Shown here: piece by piece, positions 34,600 to 44,654 of the stretch
How the letters are laid out: each line of letters begins with the position of its first letter
How positions within the stretch are numbered: the stretch's first letter is position 1
Assembly (NCBI GenBank): GCA_039030395.1
Contig: JBCCEF010000001.1
Location: 417,315-481,314, forward strand
Length of the DNA: 64,000 bases
Origin: Acidobacteriota bacterium
GTDB lineage: Bacteria > Acidobacteriota > Thermoanaerobaculia > Multivoradales > JBCCEF01
Direction of reading: 5' to 3'
The notes under the pieces: generated by a model
What the model was told of the DNA's origin: nothing
The model's input: only the letters and a program-made list of their open reading frames with translations
The model's database searches: none
Translations under genes and position numbers: made by a program

Positions 34600-37500
34600 G
34601 CTTCCTGCTCGATCTCCTCGGCCGGCGACGGATGATTCTCACTTCCGTCGCGCTGCTGGCGCTCGCCGGCGGCCTCGCCTGGGGCACCATGCCGCGGCAA
34701 GAGGATCCGGAGTTTCTCTCCTACTGGGGACAGATCATCGTGCCTTTCCCCGGGGCCGACGCGCGCACCGTCGAACGGCTGGTGGTGGAGCCCCTGGAGG
34801 AGCATTTGGCGGAGGTGAACGACCTCTACCTGATCGAGTCCTTCGCCCGCGCCGAAATCGCCGTCTTCGAGCTGGAGCTGCGGCCGAACGTCAAGGACGT
34901 CGACGAAGCCTGGGACGACACCCGGGAAGTGATCGCCGAAGCGCGGCGAGACTTTCCCGCCGGCGTCTTGGAGCCGACCTTCAAGGACGACACGACGGAC
35001 CAGGAGTCGGTGGTGGTGGCGATCACCGGCAGCTCTGATCGCTGGGCCCTCGCCCGCGCCGCCGAGCGGGTGAAGGATTCCCTTCTAGGACTGCCTTCGG
35101 TCTCCCGGGTGGAGATCGTGGGCGACCCGGAAGAGCAGGTGACGGTGGAGCTGGACGATGCCGCCGCCGCACGCCTCGGCCTGGCTCCGGGGTACCTCGC
35201 CCGGCAGCTCCAGGCGCGCAACGGCATCCTCGCCGGCGGCACCCTCAAGGTGGGCGACCAGCAGGTCACTCTGCGACCTCACACGGATTTCCGCGATCTC
35301 GACGAGATCGCCGCCACCCCCATTCTTCTGGTCTCCGGCGCGGCCATTCCCCTGTCCGAGGTCGCCACGGTGCGTTACGGCGCCAAGGAACCCACCCCCA
35401 ACCGCATGCGCTTCAACGGTGAAACCGCCGTCGGTCTCGGCGTGGTGCCGCGCAAGGGGATCAACGTGGTGAAATTCGGTGAGGCGGTGCGCGAGCGACT
35501 GGCGGGGATCCAAGCGGACATCGCTCCGCTGGAGCTGCACGAGGCGATCTTCCAGCCGGATCGAGTGGCCTGGCGCATTTCCGATCTCGGCCGGTCGCTG
35601 CTCCTATCGATGGTGATCGTCGCCTGTTTCCTGATCGGCGCCATGGGCGCCCGGCTCGGCGCGGTGGTAACGGTGATCGTGCCGCTGGTGGTGTTCTCGT
35701 CCCTCGCTCTCTATGCGCTGCTGGGCGGCCAGCTCCACCAGATCTCCATCGCCGCCCTGGTGATCGCCCTCGGCATGCTGGTGGACAACGCCATCGTGGT
35801 GGCCGAGAACGTCCAGGATCGCCTCGACCGCGGCGAGCCGGCGGCGGTGGCGGCACCCTCCGCCATCCGCGCCCTCGCCGTTCCCCTGGCCGGCGCCACC
35901 GGCACCACCCTGGCGGCCTTCGTGCCGATGCTCGCCGCCGCCGGGCCGACGGCGGAGTTCACCCGCGCCATCCCCCAGTTGGTGATGCTCACCCTCGCCA
36001 TGAGCTACTTGTACGCGGTGTTCGTGACCCCGATCCTTTCGCAGATGGTGCTCCGCCGGCGCGAGACCCAGAAGCCTCCCTGGCTGCAGTCGATCAGCCA
36101 CCGCTTCGGCGCCCTGGCCGTCGGCCGGCCGCTACTGGTGCTGGCCTGTGCCGCGCTGCTCGTCGGGCTGTCCTTCTATGCCTCGAGCTTCGTGCGGCGG
36201 GGGTTCTTCCCGCAGTCGGACCGCAACCAGTTGATGGTCGACCTGAAGCTGCCGGAAGGCGCCCACCTCGAAGCGACCAACGAGATCACCGCTCGCTATG
36301 AGCGCGCCCTGTTGGCGCGGCCGGAGGTGGCCGGCGTAACCACCCTGGTGGGGCGCTCGAGCCCGCACTTCTACTACAACCTGCCGCGCATTCCCCTGGC
36401 CCCGAACTTCGCTCAGCTCGCCGTCGAGACGCGCAATCTGGACGACGTGGAGACAGTCCTCACCTGGAGCCGGGAGTTCGTTGCCCAGGAGATGCCGGCG
36501 GTGGAGATCACCGCCCGGCGGCTGGAGCAGGGGCCGCCGGTGAAGGCGCCCATCGAGGTACGCCTGTTCGGTGAAGACCCAGAGCACCTGGAGGAGGCCG
36601 TCGGCCGGGTGGTCGCCGAGCTGCGGGGCATTCCGCAGGCCGTTGACGTACGCCACGATCTCTCCCTCGGCTCGCCGACGGTGGACTTCCGAATCGACGA
36701 CGCAGCCGCCGCCCGCCGGGGGATCAGCCGCGCCGACGTCGCCCACGCCCTGTTCGGGCGCACCCGCGGCCTACCCGCCGGCGAGTACCGGGCCGGCGAG
36801 GATCCGGTGCCAATCGTGGTGCGTTCGTCGGCCGGCGAGGACCTGCCGGTGGACTCCCTCGGCGGACTGCAGATCGCCACCGCCGACGGCGACACCGTAC
36901 CGCTAGAGCAGGTCGCCACCGTCGGTCTGGAGTGGCGGCCGGCGGCGATCTACCACCGCAACGGCCGGCGGGTCGTCTCGGTCACCTCGCAGCTCGCCTT
37001 CGGTGCCTCCTACAATCAGGTGCTCGCCGAGCTGCAGCCGGCTCTCGCCGAAATGACCCTGCCGCCGGGGGTCGAATGGGCACTCGGCGGCGAAAGCGAA
37101 GGCTCCGGCGACGCCAACGCCGCCCTGGTGCGGATGGTGCCCCTCGGCCTGCTGCTGCTGATGGGCATCCTGCTGGCGGAGTTCAACTCCTTCCGGCGCA
37201 TCGCCATCGTGATGGTGACGGTGCCGCTGGCGGCGGCCGGCGTGGTGCCTGGGCTGCTGATCGGTGGCCAACCCTTCGGCTTCACCTCGACCCTCGGGCT
37301 GATCGCCCTGGTGGGCATCGTGGTCAACAATGCCATCGTACTGCTCGACGTGGTGGAGAAACGCCGCCGCGCCGGGGCGCCCATCGCAGAGGCCCTCGCC
37401 TCCGCCGTCGAGCGGCGCACCCGGCCCATCCTGCTGACCACCGGCACTACCATCGCCGGTTTGCTGCCGCTGGCCTTTTCGTCCACCTCTCTGTGGCCGC

Positions 37501-39026
37501 CGATGGCCTGGTCGATGATCTCCGGCCTGCTCGCGTCGACGCTCCTCACCCTGTTGGTGGTGCCGGCCCTCTACACCCTGCTGTTCTCGCGCTGGAACGA
37601 TCTGCCCTTCCGGCGCGCCGCCACCGCGACCACCCTGGTGCTCGCGCTGTCGGCGGTCCTCGCCGCTCCGGCCCTGCGGGCGGAGGAGACCGACGACGAT
37701 CCGCGGACGGACCCGACCGTTGTCGCCTCGCCGATCGAAGTCACCCTAGCCGAGGCGATGGACCAAGCCTTCTCCCGGCCGGGCGCCGAGGCGGCCATGG
37801 AGCAGGCCATCGCCGCCGGCTGGAACGCCGAAGCGGAGCGCCGCGAAGGATGGCTGCCGCTCCTTGACGTCTTCGCCTCGGCGGTCACCCGCAGCCAGGC
37901 CCTGGCCTTCGACACGCCGATCGGCGAGCTGACCTTTGTCGAGCGCAGCAACGAAACGGCAGAGGTGGTGGTGAGCCAGCCGCTGCTCGACCTGCGCCGG
38001 CGCCGCTTTCTGGCGCCGGCCGCCCGCACCGACGCCGAGTCTCTCGGTTTCGACGCTCTGCGCATCGGCCATCAGGCGGTGGCCCAGGCGGGACTGGTGT
38101 TTGTCGATCTCCAAGGAGTGGCCGCCCGCCTCGAGACCACGGCAACGTTCATCGACAGCCTGGAGAACCGCCTGGCAGAAGCGAACGCCCGTTTCGACCG
38201 GGGACGAGCCCTCGAGAGCGATGTACTCAAGGTCCGCCTCGCCCTCGACAGCGCCCTTCAGGATCGCGTCGCCCTAGAGGCACAGCAAGAGGTGCTGCGC
38301 TTTGAATTGGGCCGCGCCATCGCTTACCAGGGCGGCGTCGCAGCGGCGTGGGATGGCGTGCCGGAACTGCCGTCACCGGCCTCCTTCGAAGTCCTCTTCG
38401 AAGCGGGGCTGGCCCACCGCCCGGACTACCGCACCTACACGGAGCGGGAGCGAGGCGCCACCCTGCGCCGCGAGGCGGTACGGGCGGAGCTGCTCCCCCG
38501 TTTGAACGGCTACGGTCGGTGGAGTTGGGACAGCGGCAGTCCCTTCGATCCAAAGGATCAGGTCGAAGGCGGCCTCCAGATCCGCTGGACCCCCTTCGAC
38601 CGCGCCACCCGCGGCCCGCGGCGGGTGGCCGCCGAGAGCCGCCTGGCGTCCATCCAGGCGGAGCGCAGGGAAGCGGAGCGGGTGGTGGAGATCGACATTC
38701 GCCAGGCGCTGGCGGCCATCCGAGTGGCGGACCAGGCCCTCGCCACCGCCATCACCGGGGTCGATCAAGCGGGCGAGACGCTGCGGGTGGAGCGGCGGCG
38801 CCAGGAGGCCGGCCGTTCCACCACCAACGACCTGCTGGAGGCGGAGGCGGCGCTCCGCGATCAGCGGACGAGGGAGGAACTTGCGCGGCTGGACATCGTC
38901 CGCGGCTGGGTGCTGCTGGGACTTGCCGTAGGGGATCCGGAACTGGTGCTGCGGGGAGGGGAACTGCTCCAGGGAGCCCCGAAGAGCCCCCTGGAGATCT
39001 ATCGTGAGCGCTTCGGCGACGGTTAG
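34596..39026 (+). CDS. RND (AcrB-like) efflux permease fused in-frame to a TolC-like outer-membrane factor domain
   Basis: Single 1476-aa ORF, GTG start overlapping the MFP stop. Residues 1 to ~1000 are a 12-TM RND permease ending ...LLVVPALYTLLFSR. A signal-peptide-like linker RRAATATTLVLALSAVLAAPALRA follows. The last ~450 aa are coiled-coil and beta-barrel in an OEP/TolC pattern (two repeats, leucine-rich heptads). Confidence 0.7.
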   Translation: MSFLLDLLGRRRMILTSVALLALAGGLAWGTMPRQEDPEFLSYWGQIIVPFPGADARTVERLVVEPLEEHLAEVNDLYLIESFARAEIAVFELELRPNVKDVDEAWDDTREVIAEARRDFPAGVLEPTFKDDTTDQESVVVAITGSSDRWALARAAERVKDSLLGLPSVSRVEIVGDPEEQVTVELDDAAAARLGLAPGYLARQLQARNGILAGGTLKVGDQQVTLRPHTDFRDLDEIAATPILLVSGAAIPLSEVATVRYGAKEPTPNRMRFNGETAVGLGVVPRKGINVVKFGEAVRERLAGIQADIAPLELHEAIFQPDRVAWRISDLGRSLLLSMVIVACFLIGAMGARLGAVVTVIVPLVVFSSLALYALLGGQLHQISIAALVIALGMLVDNAIVVAENVQDRLDRGEPAAVAAPSAIRALAVPLAGATGTTLAAFVPMLAAAGPTAEFTRAIPQLVMLTLAMSYLYAVFVTPILSQMVLRRRETQKPPWLQSISHRFGALAVGRPLLVLACAALLVGLSFYASSFVRRGFFPQSDRNQLMVDLKLPEGAHLEATNEITARYERALLARPEVAGVTTLVGRSSPHFYYNLPRIPLAPNFAQLAVETRNLDDVETVLTWSREFVAQEMPAVEITARRLEQGPPVKAPIEVRLFGEDPEHLEEAVGRVVAELRGIPQAVDVRHDLSLGSPTVDFRIDDAAAARRGISRADVAHALFGRTRGLPAGEYRAGEDPVPIVVRSSAGEDLPVDSLGGLQIATADGDTVPLEQVATVGLEWRPAAIYHRNGRRVVSVTSQLAFGASYNQVLAELQPALAEMTLPPGVEWALGGESEGSGDANAALVRMVPLGLLLLMGILLAEFNSFRRIAIVMVTVPLAAAGVVPGLLIGGQPFGFTSTLGLIALVGIVVNNAIVLLDVVEKRRRAGAPIAEALASAVERRTRPILLTTGTTIAGLLPLAFSSTSLWPPMAWSMISGLLASTLLTLLVVPALYTLLFSRWNDLPFRRAATATTLVLALSAVLAAPALRAEETDDDPRTDPTVVASPIEVTLAEAMDQAFSRPGAEAAMEQAIAAGWNAEAERREGWLPLLDVFASAVTRSQALAFDTPIGELTFVERSNETAEVVVSQPLLDLRRRRFLAPAARTDAESLGFDALRIGHQAVAQAGLVFVDLQGVAARLETTATFIDSLENRLAEANARFDRGRALESDVLKVRLALDSALQDRVALEAQQEVLRFELGRAIAYQGGVAAAWDGVPELPSPASFEVLFEAGLAHRPDYRTYTERERGATLRREAVRAELLPRLNGYGRWSWDSGSPFDPKDQVEGGLQIRWTPFDRATRGPRRVAAESRLASIQAERREAERVVEIDIRQALAAIRVADQALATAITGVDQAGETLRVERRRQEAGRSTTNDLLEAEAALRDQRTREELARLDIVRGWVLLGLAVGDPELVLRGGELLQGAPKSPLEIYRERFGDG

Positions 39027-39562
39027 CCCGCCGAAATGGTGACCGGCACCTGGGTCTTGACCCAGCGCAGCACCAGTTCGTCGCCTTCGATCACGAAGTC
39101 CATCGCTTCCACGTGGTCGCCGCCGCGCGGCTCGACCTCGAACCGCACCACGTCCTCCGCCTCCGCATAGTCGTAGGCGCCCCACTGCTCCGCCACCTTG
39201 TTGAGGATCACCGTCCAGGAGCCCTCGCCGGGGATGGTGAACAGCGAGTACGTGCCCGCCGCAACGGCCTTGCCGCCGACCTTCGCAGCGGAACCGAAGG
39301 TCACCGTGGTGGCCTCGTCGGCGCCGGTGCGCCACACCTTGCCGTAGGGCACCAGAGCGCCCCAGATCTCGCGATCGCGCACCTGCGGACTGCCGTACTC
39401 CACGGTCACCGCCACGCCGTCGACGGTGCCTTCGACCTTGCCGTTCTTGCTCTTGCGGCTGCTGTCGTCGCCGCGTTCGGCGAAGGCCGGCGCCACCGCC
39501 ACCAGCACCATCAACAGACAGGCGATCAGCGCAAAGGTGCTCTTCGAAAGCTTGAAGTTCAT
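39023..39562 (-). CDS. DUF2911-like secreted protein
   Basis: Signal peptide MNFKLSKSTFALIACLLMVLVAVAPAFA. Motif YGSPQVRDREIWGALVPYGKVWRTGADEATTVTF. Confidence 0.5.
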   Translation of the reverse strand: MNFKLSKSTFALIACLLMVLVAVAPAFAERGDDSSRKSKNGKVEGTVDGVAVTVEYGSPQVRDREIWGALVPYGKVWRTGADEATTVTFGSAAKVGGKAVAAGTYSLFTIPGEGSWTVILNKVAEQWGAYDYAEAEDVVRFEVEPRGGDHVEAMDFVIEGDELVLRWVKTQVPVTISAG

Positions 39563-39754
39563 TTCAGAATCTCCTCCGGGTGTTGTCTCGCTCCCGAGAG
39601 TCGGGATGCGTAGGGTTCTATTGCAATACGTCTCCTACAATCATAGTAGATCCCCCAAACCCTTCCGGATCTACGGTGACTCCCCTACGGAGTCGCCTGG
39701 AGACGACCAGGCGCAAACGCTTGCAATCCTCGGGCCGGGAGCGACAGCCTGCAC

Positions 39755-39796
39755 CAAGAAGAAAAGGCCGGTCACCCGCGGGGGGGACCGGCCTTG
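39755..39796 (-). terminator. Rho-independent terminator downstream of the FAD-oxidase gene
   Basis: On the minus strand there is a perfect 10-bp stem aaggccggtc/gaccggcctt with a G-rich loop. It is followed by ttttcttctt. Confidence 0.75.
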
Positions 39797-39816
39797 GTGG
39801 CTCCGATGCCGGAGGG

Positions 39817-41271
39817 TTAGGCGTCCAGCATGAAGAAGCCCGGATTCAAGATGCCGTCCGGATCGAAGCGCTTCTTCGCCTCTTTGATGGTCCCCCACAA
39901 TTCACTGCCGAAGTGGTTCTCCCACTCCTCGACGGTCTTGAAGCTGATCCAGCCGGAGAGGTACCGCTTGCCGCCGTAGGCGACGGTGAGTTCGTGGAAC
40001 ATCTCGAGCTGGGAGAGGGCCTGGTCGAGGAACTGAGTCGGCACCGCCGGCAGGATGCCGAAGCCCATCAGGTTCTTCGACTCGCTCTCCGGATACATAA
40101 AGAGCGGCACATCGGAGTTGTCGTTGCGCGCCGGCCACAGCAGGATGTGGCCGCCGGGCCCTAGAGCCTGCGGCGGGAAGCCCGAAAGCACCGTCGGAAT
40201 GAGCTCCTTGGCGACGTCCCAGGTGAGGGTGGTCTCCACCCACGGGTGGTGCATTTCCCAGTTGCCGGAGCGGTGCCAGAGATCGAAAATCGGCACCAGG
40301 CGGTTGCAGAACTCGAGCTGCGTGTACTCCTCGTCCCGCAGGTGCTTGTAGTACTTGAGGCCGTCGAGAATCGCCGCGTCGTCCGGATCTTCGCCTTCGT
40401 TGTATTCCACCGTCAGGAACATCGGATACATCCAGTGGGCATAGAGCTGCATGCCCTCACCGAGGGTCAGGCCCTCGCCGATGCGCTGGGTGAAGATGGG
40501 ACACGGCGCGCAGCGTGACTCCAGGGTGTGGAAGCGGTCGTGGTTCTCCGGCTCCATCACGAAGGAGGCATCCTCCATGAAGGTCTCCAGGTCGTCGTAG
40601 AGAAGGTGGTACATGCGCACCTTCTCTTTGCAGCGGCGGAGCATCACCTTGGCGCGGGTGATGATGCCGAACTGGCCGAAGCCGCAGCGCACGGCGTTGA
40701 ACAGATCGGTGTTCTCCTGCCGCGAGCAGACCACGATCTCACCAGTGCCGGTGACCACTTCGAGTTCGATGACGTTGTCCGCCTGGGTGCCGTAGCGATA
40801 GCTCGCCACCCCCAGGCCGGCCACCGAGATGGTGCCCGCCAGGGACACGCCGAGATTGTTGGTCAGCACCCGCGGCACGAGGCCCAAGGGCACCGTCGCC
40901 GCCACCAGTTCGCGCCACACCAGCCCGCCGTCGCAGTCGGCGTAGTTGCCCTCGTGGGAAATCTCATGGATGCGCTGCATGGAGGCGGTGTCGATCACCA
41001 CGCCGCCGTCGGTGGTGGATTGGCCGGTCTGGGTGTGGCCTTGGCCGCGGGCCACCACCACGATGCCGTGGTCGCGGCAGAAGCGCACGATCTCCGCCAC
41101 TTCTTCGGCCGAGGCGCAGCGGGCGACAGCACCGGGCATCTGGCGCACGACGCGGCCGAAATCGGTATCGAATTCGCGCCGCACTTCCTCGTCGAGAAGC
41201 AGGGCATCGCCCAGCTTCTCTTTCAGCTCGAGCAGAGCCTCGGTCTTGTCGATGGGTGAATGAACGGCCAT
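39817..41271 (-). CDS. FAD-linked oxidase (PCMH-type FAD-binding domain; cytokinin-dehydrogenase-like)
   Basis: 484 aa. FAD-binding region VVARGQGHTQTGQSTTDGGVVIDTASM. The C-terminal motif RFDPDGILNPGFFMLD resembles the CKX/FAD-oxidase C-terminus. Confidence 0.65.
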   Translation of the reverse strand: MAVHSPIDKTEALLELKEKLGDALLLDEEVRREFDTDFGRVVRQMPGAVARCASAEEVAEIVRFCRDHGIVVVARGQGHTQTGQSTTDGGVVIDTASMQRIHEISHEGNYADCDGGLVWRELVAATVPLGLVPRVLTNNLGVSLAGTISVAGLGVASYRYGTQADNVIELEVVTGTGEIVVCSRQENTDLFNAVRCGFGQFGIITRAKVMLRRCKEKVRMYHLLYDDLETFMEDASFVMEPENHDRFHTLESRCAPCPIFTQRIGEGLTLGEGMQLYAHWMYPMFLTVEYNEGEDPDDAAILDGLKYYKHLRDEEYTQLEFCNRLVPIFDLWHRSGNWEMHHPWVETTLTWDVAKELIPTVLSGFPPQALGPGGHILLWPARNDNSDVPLFMYPESESKNLMGFGILPAVPTQFLDQALSQLEMFHELTVAYGGKRYLSGWISFKTVEEWENHFGSELWGTIKEAKKRFDPDGILNPGFFMLDA

Positions 41272-41376
41272 GGGAACCTCCCTACGTCGGGGAATCTACT
41301 CGGAAATGGCGACCGGAACGGACGGCTGCCGAAGTCATGCATCTGCTGGCCGAAGAAGCCGGCCGGAACCTCGATT

Positions 41377-42429
41377 CTAACGCATCGCGAAGGCCGGCTG
41401 GGGCTCCGGAACGATGTGCCCTACTTCGAGATTGCGATGGTTGGAGAGCACCGGCCAGCGGAACGCGGAAAGCGCTTCCACCTCGGCTGCGGAAAGGAAG
41501 CCATGGGCCAGGAGCAACTCGATCGCCACGCCGGCCCACGCCCGATCCGCACCGTCGACAACCTTGAGGGCGATGCCGCAGGCCGGAGACTGGTCGGAAG
41601 GCTGCCGAACGGCCATGGCGTACATCCCTTCGGCTCCCTCTTTGCCGATCACCCGCCCACCGGTGACCTCGATCAGGCGGGTGGTGAAGCGCCCCGGCCC
41701 GGCCACCATCGCCGGTGCCCCGGCCATGGCGGAGAGAATCCGGTGGGCGGCCCGCGCCACCTTCGGCGCCAGGCCGGCGGTTTCCGGCTCCACCAGGGTG
41801 GCGTAGCCCACCGCCAGCGCCTCCAGCGGCAGGTGGAAGGTCGGCACACTACAGCCATCGACGGCGAGACCGAGATCCGCCGCGCCGACCCGGCAGAAGG
41901 TCGCCATCCAGCGCAGGATCTCCTGCTGAAGCGGATGCTCCGGCCGCGAGTAGCCTGCCGTCGGCCAGTTCTTGAGACGGCAGGTCATCAGCATGCCGGC
42001 GTGCTTGCCGGAGCAGTTGTTGTGGGCCGGGCCGGGTTCGCCGCCGCCGGCCCGCAGGTCCCGGGCGGCCCGGCGGTCGAGGGGCGAATGGGCACCGCAT
42101 TCTAAATCTTCCAACCCGCAGCCGGCCCGCGCCAGCAGCTCCCGCGCCCGCTCTTCGTGCTCCGGGAAACCGCCGTGGGAGGCGCAGATCAGCGCTAGAT
42201 CTTCCGCCGAGAGATCGAACGCTTCGATCCCGCCGGCCAGCACCAGCGGCAGCGCCTGAAAGGGCTTGGCCGAGGAGCGGGCGAAGGTGGTCCAGCGGGG
42301 ATCGCCGGCCGCGCCCAGGCGGGTACCGTCCGCCGTCATCGCCGCCGCCGCGCCGAAGTGCATGGACTCCACCAACCCACCGCGCAGCGTCCGGGCACAG
42401 AGCACAAGGTCGAGAGAGGAAGTTTCCAT
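41377..42429 (-). CDS. Asparaginase_II (L-asparaginase II, AnsA/capsule-associated) family protein
   Basis: 350 aa. N-terminal pattern VESMHFGAAAAMTADGTRLGAAGDPRWTTFARSSAKPFQALPLV, plus GCGLEDLECGAHSP. Confidence 0.55.
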   Translation of the reverse strand: METSSLDLVLCARTLRGGLVESMHFGAAAAMTADGTRLGAAGDPRWTTFARSSAKPFQALPLVLAGGIEAFDLSAEDLALICASHGGFPEHEERARELLARAGCGLEDLECGAHSPLDRRAARDLRAGGGEPGPAHNNCSGKHAGMLMTCRLKNWPTAGYSRPEHPLQQEILRWMATFCRVGAADLGLAVDGCSVPTFHLPLEALAVGYATLVEPETAGLAPKVARAAHRILSAMAGAPAMVAGPGRFTTRLIEVTGGRVIGKEGAEGMYAMAVRQPSDQSPACGIALKVVDGADRAWAGVAIELLLAHGFLSAAEVEALSAFRWPVLSNHRNLEVGHIVPEPQPAFAMR

Positions 42430-42625
42430 GGCAGAGATCCCACAACGAAACGGGGCGCCGGGAGCGTAGCACGGAGCTTCGCCGGTTCGATTCGGTTCAA
42501 CGCTATGCTTGGCGCGTTATGAAGGCGAAGAATAAAGACCCGGTCCCTATCGGGAAATTCTCCCGAACCGCGGGCTCCGAGCCGCAGGAACGAGAGGGGG
42601 AGCGCCCGCTGGCGCCGCCGGGGCC

Positions 42626-43084
42626 ATGAAGATCGGCGTCCTCTCCGACACCCACGGCCTGCTCCGCCCGGAAGTTCCGGAGCTGCTGGCCGGCTGCGAC
42701 CAAATCTTGCACGCTGGGGATATCGGCGAGGCGGAGATCCTGGAGCGTTTGCGGCAGATCGCGCCGGTAGCGGCGGTGCGCGGCAACAACGATCGCGGGC
42801 CGGCCTGGGCTTCCCTGCCGGACGTCTTGACCGGCGAGTTCGACGGCCTGGCCTACCGCATGGTCCATCGCCGGCAGGACGTCGAGGAGGTCTGGACCCG
42901 ATCCGCCCGGCTGATTGTCTTCGGCCACTCCCACCGGCCGGAGATGGAGTGGCGCGGCTCCTGCCTGCTGCTCAATCCGGGGGCCTGCGGGCGGCGGCGC
43001 TTTCAGCTTCCGCTCACTCTCGCTATCCTGCACATCGAGGACGGCCGGATCGAACCGGAATTCCGCACCGTGCCGGACGCCTGA
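42626..43084 (+). CDS. YfcE/MJ0936-type metallophosphoesterase
   Basis: MKIGVLSDTHG...HAGD...GNND...GHSH metal-ligand motifs, 152 aa. Confidence 0.75.
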   Translation: MKIGVLSDTHGLLRPEVPELLAGCDQILHAGDIGEAEILERLRQIAPVAAVRGNNDRGPAWASLPDVLTGEFDGLAYRMVHRRQDVEEVWTRSARLIVFGHSHRPEMEWRGSCLLLNPGACGRRRFQLPLTLAILHIEDGRIEPEFRTVPDA

Positions 43085-43127
43085 TCCAACCGAAAAACCC
43101 CGTGAAAATCCACCTGCCGGAGACTTC

Positions 43128-44423
43128 ATGCCCATCGCCCGCGCCTTGATCGTTGTTCTCGTGCTCATCACCACCACCGCGCCGGCCTTCGCGTCGGGCT
43201 TCTACCGTTTTCAACACGGCGGCCGCGCCACCGCTCAGGTGGGCGCCATGACCGCCCGCGCCGACGACCCCTCGGCGGTGTTCTACAACCCTGCCGGCAT
43301 CACCCAGCTCGACGGTTTCCAACTCCTCGGCGGCCTCGACTTCAACAACGCCACGGACGACTATTCGAGCGCGACCTCCGGCATCCAGTCGGCGGATCAC
43401 GTGATCAATTTTCCGCCGGCGATCTATGCCACCTGGACGGACCGCTCGCGCTTTGCCAACCTGTCCTTCGGCCTGGGCATCGACACCGCCTACTGGTACC
43501 GGGTGGATTGGGATCCGGTGTTCTTCGAGCCGCGCTTCCGCAACCGGCTCACCGAGCTGCGCCTGTGGGAGGTCCATCCGGTGGTCGCCTGGAAGGTCAA
43601 CGAAGCGTTCAGCGTCGGCGGTGGAATTCGCTACCAGTTCGGCTCCTTCGACCAAGGGGCCAATACCCGCATCGTGTTCGGCGACGACGAGGAACCGGGC
43701 ACCCTCGATCCCGCCGAGATCACCGCCGACGCCGAGGCGAGCGTGGACGGCCTGGGCTTCGATCTCGCCGCGCACTGGACCTCCAACCTGTGGGGTTGGG
43801 GCGCCGTCTACCGCAGCGCCATCGAACTCGAGGGCGACGACCGCGTGAGCCGAGCCGTGCGCGACCAGCCGTTTTCACCGGACGCTCAAGCCCTTCTCGC
43901 GATCCTCCTCGACGACTTCGGCGGCGAGAGCTTCCGCCAGACCCTCGACCTGCCGGCGGAGCTGCGCGGCGGCGTGTGGTTCGCCCCGTATCCGGAATTG
44001 AAGGTCGAGATCAACGCCTCGTATCAGGCCTGGTCGGATTTCGAACAGCGCTTTGACGCCGAGCTGACCCCGGTCTTGCCCGCCTTCTTCGGAGACCGCG
44101 CCGGCTGGGACGACACGGTGTCGATCCGCCTCGGTGCCGAAGGGCGCCTGACCGATGCCCTCACCCTCACCGGCGGCCTCGCCTACGAGCCTTCGCCGGT
44201 GCCCGAGGACGAGGTGGATCCCGGCTTTCCGCGCGGCGACGCCATGGTCTACGCCCTCGGCCTCTCCTACGAGTTCCCCAAGGTGATCTTCGATCTCGGC
44301 TATTCGATCCACGATCACGACTCGGTGACGGCGAACGGCCAGGAACCGCGCTTCCCCGACACCCGCGGCACCTACTCGGCGGACGACCAGGTGTGGTCCG
44401 CCTCGGCCCGCTGGAAGTTCTAG
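43128..44423 (+). CDS. FadL/TodX-family outer-membrane transporter for hydrophobic compounds
   Basis: Signal peptide MPIARALIVVLVLITTTAPAFA. N-terminal hatch GFYRFQHGGRATAQVGAMTARADDPSAVFYNPAG. Beta-strands throughout and a C-terminal Phe (ARWKF). Confidence 0.65.
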   Translation: MPIARALIVVLVLITTTAPAFASGFYRFQHGGRATAQVGAMTARADDPSAVFYNPAGITQLDGFQLLGGLDFNNATDDYSSATSGIQSADHVINFPPAIYATWTDRSRFANLSFGLGIDTAYWYRVDWDPVFFEPRFRNRLTELRLWEVHPVVAWKVNEAFSVGGGIRYQFGSFDQGANTRIVFGDDEEPGTLDPAEITADAEASVDGLGFDLAAHWTSNLWGWGAVYRSAIELEGDDRVSRAVRDQPFSPDAQALLAILLDDFGGESFRQTLDLPAELRGGVWFAPYPELKVEINASYQAWSDFEQRFDAELTPVLPAFFGDRAGWDDTVSIRLGAEGRLTDALTLTGGLAYEPSPVPEDEVDPGFPRGDAMVYALGLSYEFPKVIFDLGYSIHDHDSVTANGQEPRFPDTRGTYSADDQVWSASARWKF

Positions 44424-44654
44424 CAGGTTGCTGAAAAAGGGCTTCGCCCTATGATCTCAGCTGCCCTGCTAGATTTTTTCGCCAGGGGCTGGACGCCCCC
44501 TCACCTGAAAAGATTCATCTTTTCAGGCTCACCCCGCCCACGGCGCCAAAGGCGCCGCCTCACCCTTCGGGCTCGGAACAGTGTGCAGATAGGTTTTTCA
44601 GCAAGCGGTCAGCCACCTTCCCTCCACCGGCCTCGCGATAGAGTTCTTCCAGCC

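Noticed and set aside
37596-37690. Looked for an independent start codon for the OMF domain inside the RND-OMF ORF.
   Set aside because: There is no ATG or GTG with an RBS immediately upstream of the signal-peptide-like segment in this frame. The fusion, or a sequencing artefact, therefore remains the working interpretation. This is reported as a finding rather than as two genes.
42503-43177. 224-aa minus-strand ORF overlapping the metallophosphoesterase and the FadL start.
   Set aside because: No motifs. The plus-strand metallophosphoesterase has all canonical metal-ligand motifs.
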